Part shown: piece after piece, positions 24,390-26,244 of the stretch | Layout of the letters: each line of letters begins with the position of its first letter | Position numbering within the stretch: position 1 is the first letter of the stretch | Virus record (IMG/VR): IMGVR_UViG_3300020045_002805 | Coordinates: 1 to 26,244 of that record | Strand: one strand, 5' to 3' | Origin: a virus | Lineage: Duplodnaviria > Caudoviricetes | DNA: 26,244 nucleotides | Notes under the pieces: model-generated | Databases searched by the model: none | What the model was told of the DNA's origin: nothing | What the model saw: only the letters and a program-made list of their open reading frames with translations | Program-made: the position numbers and the translations under genes

Positions 24390-25670
24390 TTAGTTTACGA
24401 TTATTTCGTCCGTTGTCGGTGGCTCGGTCGCTGGTACGGGAGTTCCTAAAAGCTCATCGGCCTTCACGTCGTCAAAGCCGTAGATATATTTCAATATCGC
24501 TATTGCGCTTTCTCGAGACGTTGCGCCCGTGGTGTATGATTTCTGAACCTCTAAAAGCGCGGTTACACCCCCAACGCTTCCGCGTAAGGTTGCTTGCGCG
24601 TCGAGTGTCGCCTGGTCCACGGTGTTGTCTTCGGTTTCTTGGTCTTTTTCGGCTTCGTCGACTATCTGAATTGATATCCCTATCTCGGTGAACGCTTCCT
24701 CAATTCTCAAAGCTTCAAAGTAGCAAACCTCTTCCCAAATTTCAAGCGCGGCGCGATATGCCTCCCCGCTGTTACCGAATAGGCCGGCGTCTGGATTGGC
24801 TAATATCTGAGGAAAGCAATAGGCAGCGTTACATATCTTTTTGCTCGCCTTGTCGTCTACCGTGTTGAACTGGTTAACATCTATATTATTCCCAACCTCA
24901 ACTTTATGAAAAATTTTATCTAAATCTTTTTCGGTGTCAACGGTTAAAATATGATTTGTGCCTGTTTTCTTTGTCGATTTGGATTGCTTCAACGCGTTAA
25001 GCACTCGGTCGGTGTTGGAGACTTTTTTGGTTTCGCCGGTAATGGTGTCGGCCGCTTCGGTTGTCTCGGCTGCTTTAGCCATTATAAATATATTGTTTCC
25101 AAATAAAGCGTTGTCCGCCGCCGAAGTTACATGCGTGGGCGCGTCGTCTTCGATACCCATCCATTTAAAGACAGGAACAAATACGCTAAGTTCATACTCC
25201 GCCGTGGTGTTGTTTGATTGATAAATTTGGCCGTTGAAATTTCCAAAACCGTCCACTTTTTCGACTTGTTTCTCAACGATAGTTTTATCACTGTTAAACG
25301 CAGGAAAAATTTTGTTTGTTCGGGTGTTCAGATATTGGGAGATCGCCCCGATATCGTCCTGCTCTTTAGGTTGATAGTTTTTGTCAGGCCTAAAATGTAC
25401 CTGTTTTACTTTATAATCCGCGTCAAATTCTACCCACAAAGTAAAGAAGCCGTATTTTATTTTTTCATCAACGATGAGGTTCCAAAGTTTCGCGTACTCT
25501 GGCTTCAAATTTGGCAGCCTGCAATATTTTTTAAACATCAATACAGCCATTGAGGCCGTAGGGCTGTTGCGTATCGCTTCGTCCATCTCTTTAAAATAGT
25601 TTCCTTCTTTCAGTATTTTAATGAAATCCTTTTTCTCGAAAACCGGCTTATTAATTGTGGTAAGTTGCAT
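24390..25670 (-). CDS. Putative portal protein
   Basis: 426 aa. NSPTA, I.NAAYCFPQILA...GLFGNSGE and the C-terminal LRGSVGGV...YIYGF segment resemble Bacteroidota phage portals; followed by an adaptor-sized gene. Confidence 0.6.
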   Translation of the reverse strand: MQLTTINKPVFEKKDFIKILKEGNYFKEMDEAIRNSPTASMAVLMFKKYCRLPNLKPEYAKLWNLIVDEKIKYGFFTLWVEFDADYKVKQVHFRPDKNYQPKEQDDIGAISQYLNTRTNKIFPAFNSDKTIVEKQVEKVDGFGNFNGQIYQSNNTTAEYELSVFVPVFKWMGIEDDAPTHVTSAADNALFGNNIFIMAKAAETTEAADTITGETKKVSNTDRVLNALKQSKSTKKTGTNHILTVDTEKDLDKIFHKVEVGNNIDVNQFNTVDDKASKKICNAAYCFPQILANPDAGLFGNSGEAYRAALEIWEEVCYFEALRIEEAFTEIGISIQIVDEAEKDQETEDNTVDQATLDAQATLRGSVGGVTALLEVQKSYTTGATSRESAIAILKYIYGFDDVKADELLGTPVPATEPPTTDEIIVN

Positions 25671-25681
25671 AGGGTGAGTTT

Positions 25682-25710
25682 AAAAAAAGCCTATCGATAA
25701 ATAGGCTTTT
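25682..25710 (-). terminator. Rho-independent terminator upstream of the portal-like gene
   Basis: AAAAGCCTAT-TTATCG-ATAGGCTTTTTTT on the minus strand. Confidence 0.8.
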
Positions 25711-25771
25711 GTTTATTTTTCGATCCGGTTTTATACTAAATCTTCGTCGGTCTTTTTAGCTTTAGCCGCTT

Positions 25772-26221
25772 TCACGTCTGCCGCTTTTTTCGCCGCTCCG
25801 AATAATTGCTTAACTGGTTTGGCGTCTTCGATCTCTTCGATCTCTTCGATCTCTTCGATCTCTTCGATCTCTTCGATCTCTTCGATCTCTTCGATTCCGC
25901 CAAAATGGCCTCGATCTTATCCTCTTGGATGTAATCGAACGCGCCCGGCGAAGCTTTCGCAACCGCTAAGGCTAGTTCTAATTTATCTTTGATTTGGGCC
26001 TCGGTGTCTTTTGGGTGGATTGGGTACAATACGCCAGTTTCCCCGGATTCTTTTTTGAAGTTTACCGCGCCTCGGCGAAGCAAAAATAATTCTGTTTTTT
26101 TCATAGTCAAAAATGATTTATAAATTGCGTCCAGATCCGTAGGTCTCCCGCAACAAGGTTTTTGATTTTCGATAAACCGCCGCGCATCTGGCGGCAGTCT
26201 ATTAAATTCTTCGGCGGTCAT
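25772..26221 (-). CDS. Hypothetical protein, C-terminus probably frameshifted (alternative end 25731)
   Basis: ATG 3 nt after an upstream stop. The annotated frame gives (SKR)7, while the -1 frame gives (IEE)n-DAKPVKQLFGAAKKAADVKAAKAKKTDEDLV*. Confidence 0.7.
   Translation of the reverse strand: MTAEEFNRLPPDARRFIENQKPCCGRPTDLDAIYKSFLTMKKTELFLLRRGAVNFKKESGETGVLYPIHPKDTEAQIKDKLELALAVAKASPGAFDYIQEDKIEAILAESKRSKRSKRSKRSKRSKRSKRSKTPNQLSNYSERRKKRQT
25825..25895. repeat. Perfect 9-bp tandem repeat (TCTTCGATC) x ~7.9
   Basis: Read directly from the sequence. Confidence 0.95.
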
Positions 26222-26224
26222 GCC

Positions 26225-26244
26225 TTACGGTATTACTACCACTT
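26225..26244 (-). CDS. 3' end of an upstream gene (...VVVIP*)
   Basis: TAA at 26225-26227 immediately before the next ATG. Too short to identify. Confidence 0.4.

Noticed and set aside
374-25553. Numerous other short plus-strand ORFs in the track (e.g. 3168-3683, 18006-18374, 25218-25553)
   Set aside because: They are antisense to well-supported minus-strand genes and have no recognisable motifs.
1-26244. Stop-codon reassignment, introns/inteins, diversity-generating retroelement
   Set aside because: Genes are full length under the standard code, conserved enzymes show no insertions, and no reverse transcriptase or TR/VR pair was seen.

Overview
This window is a 26-kb slice of a tailed dsDNA phage (Caudoviricetes). 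The host is very probably in Bacteroidota (Flavobacterium-like), because TAnnTTTG -7 promoters sit in front of the operons and leaders are AT-rich without obvious SD sequences. Essentially all real genes are on the minus strand. In transcription order (right to left) the window holds: (1) a head/neck block (149-aa protein, portal-like protein, adaptor); (2) an AT-rich block with two signal-peptide-bearing fibre-like proteins; (3) a lysis cassette (holin, second TM protein, DUF3380-type muramidase, u-spanin-like lipoprotein); (4) non-coding element B; (5) an early/replication module (HTH regulator, DUF2800 Cas4-like nuclease, DUF2815 SSB, PolA, primase/VirE helicase, VRR-NUC, methyltransferase, SNF2 helicase); (6) an accessory operon with a pentapeptide-repeat protein; (7) non-coding element A; (8) terS, terL and tail/neck genes. 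The most unusual signals are a ~400-nt structured non-coding cassette between SSB and PolA with two tRNA-like elements lacking a normal anticodon arm, and two collinear ~260-bp GTAAACAC-iteron elements bracketing the replication module. Also notable are Sec signal peptides on fibre-position proteins and a probable -1 frameshift at a 9-bp tandem repeat. All protein family calls are from motif recognition by eye; no searches were run.
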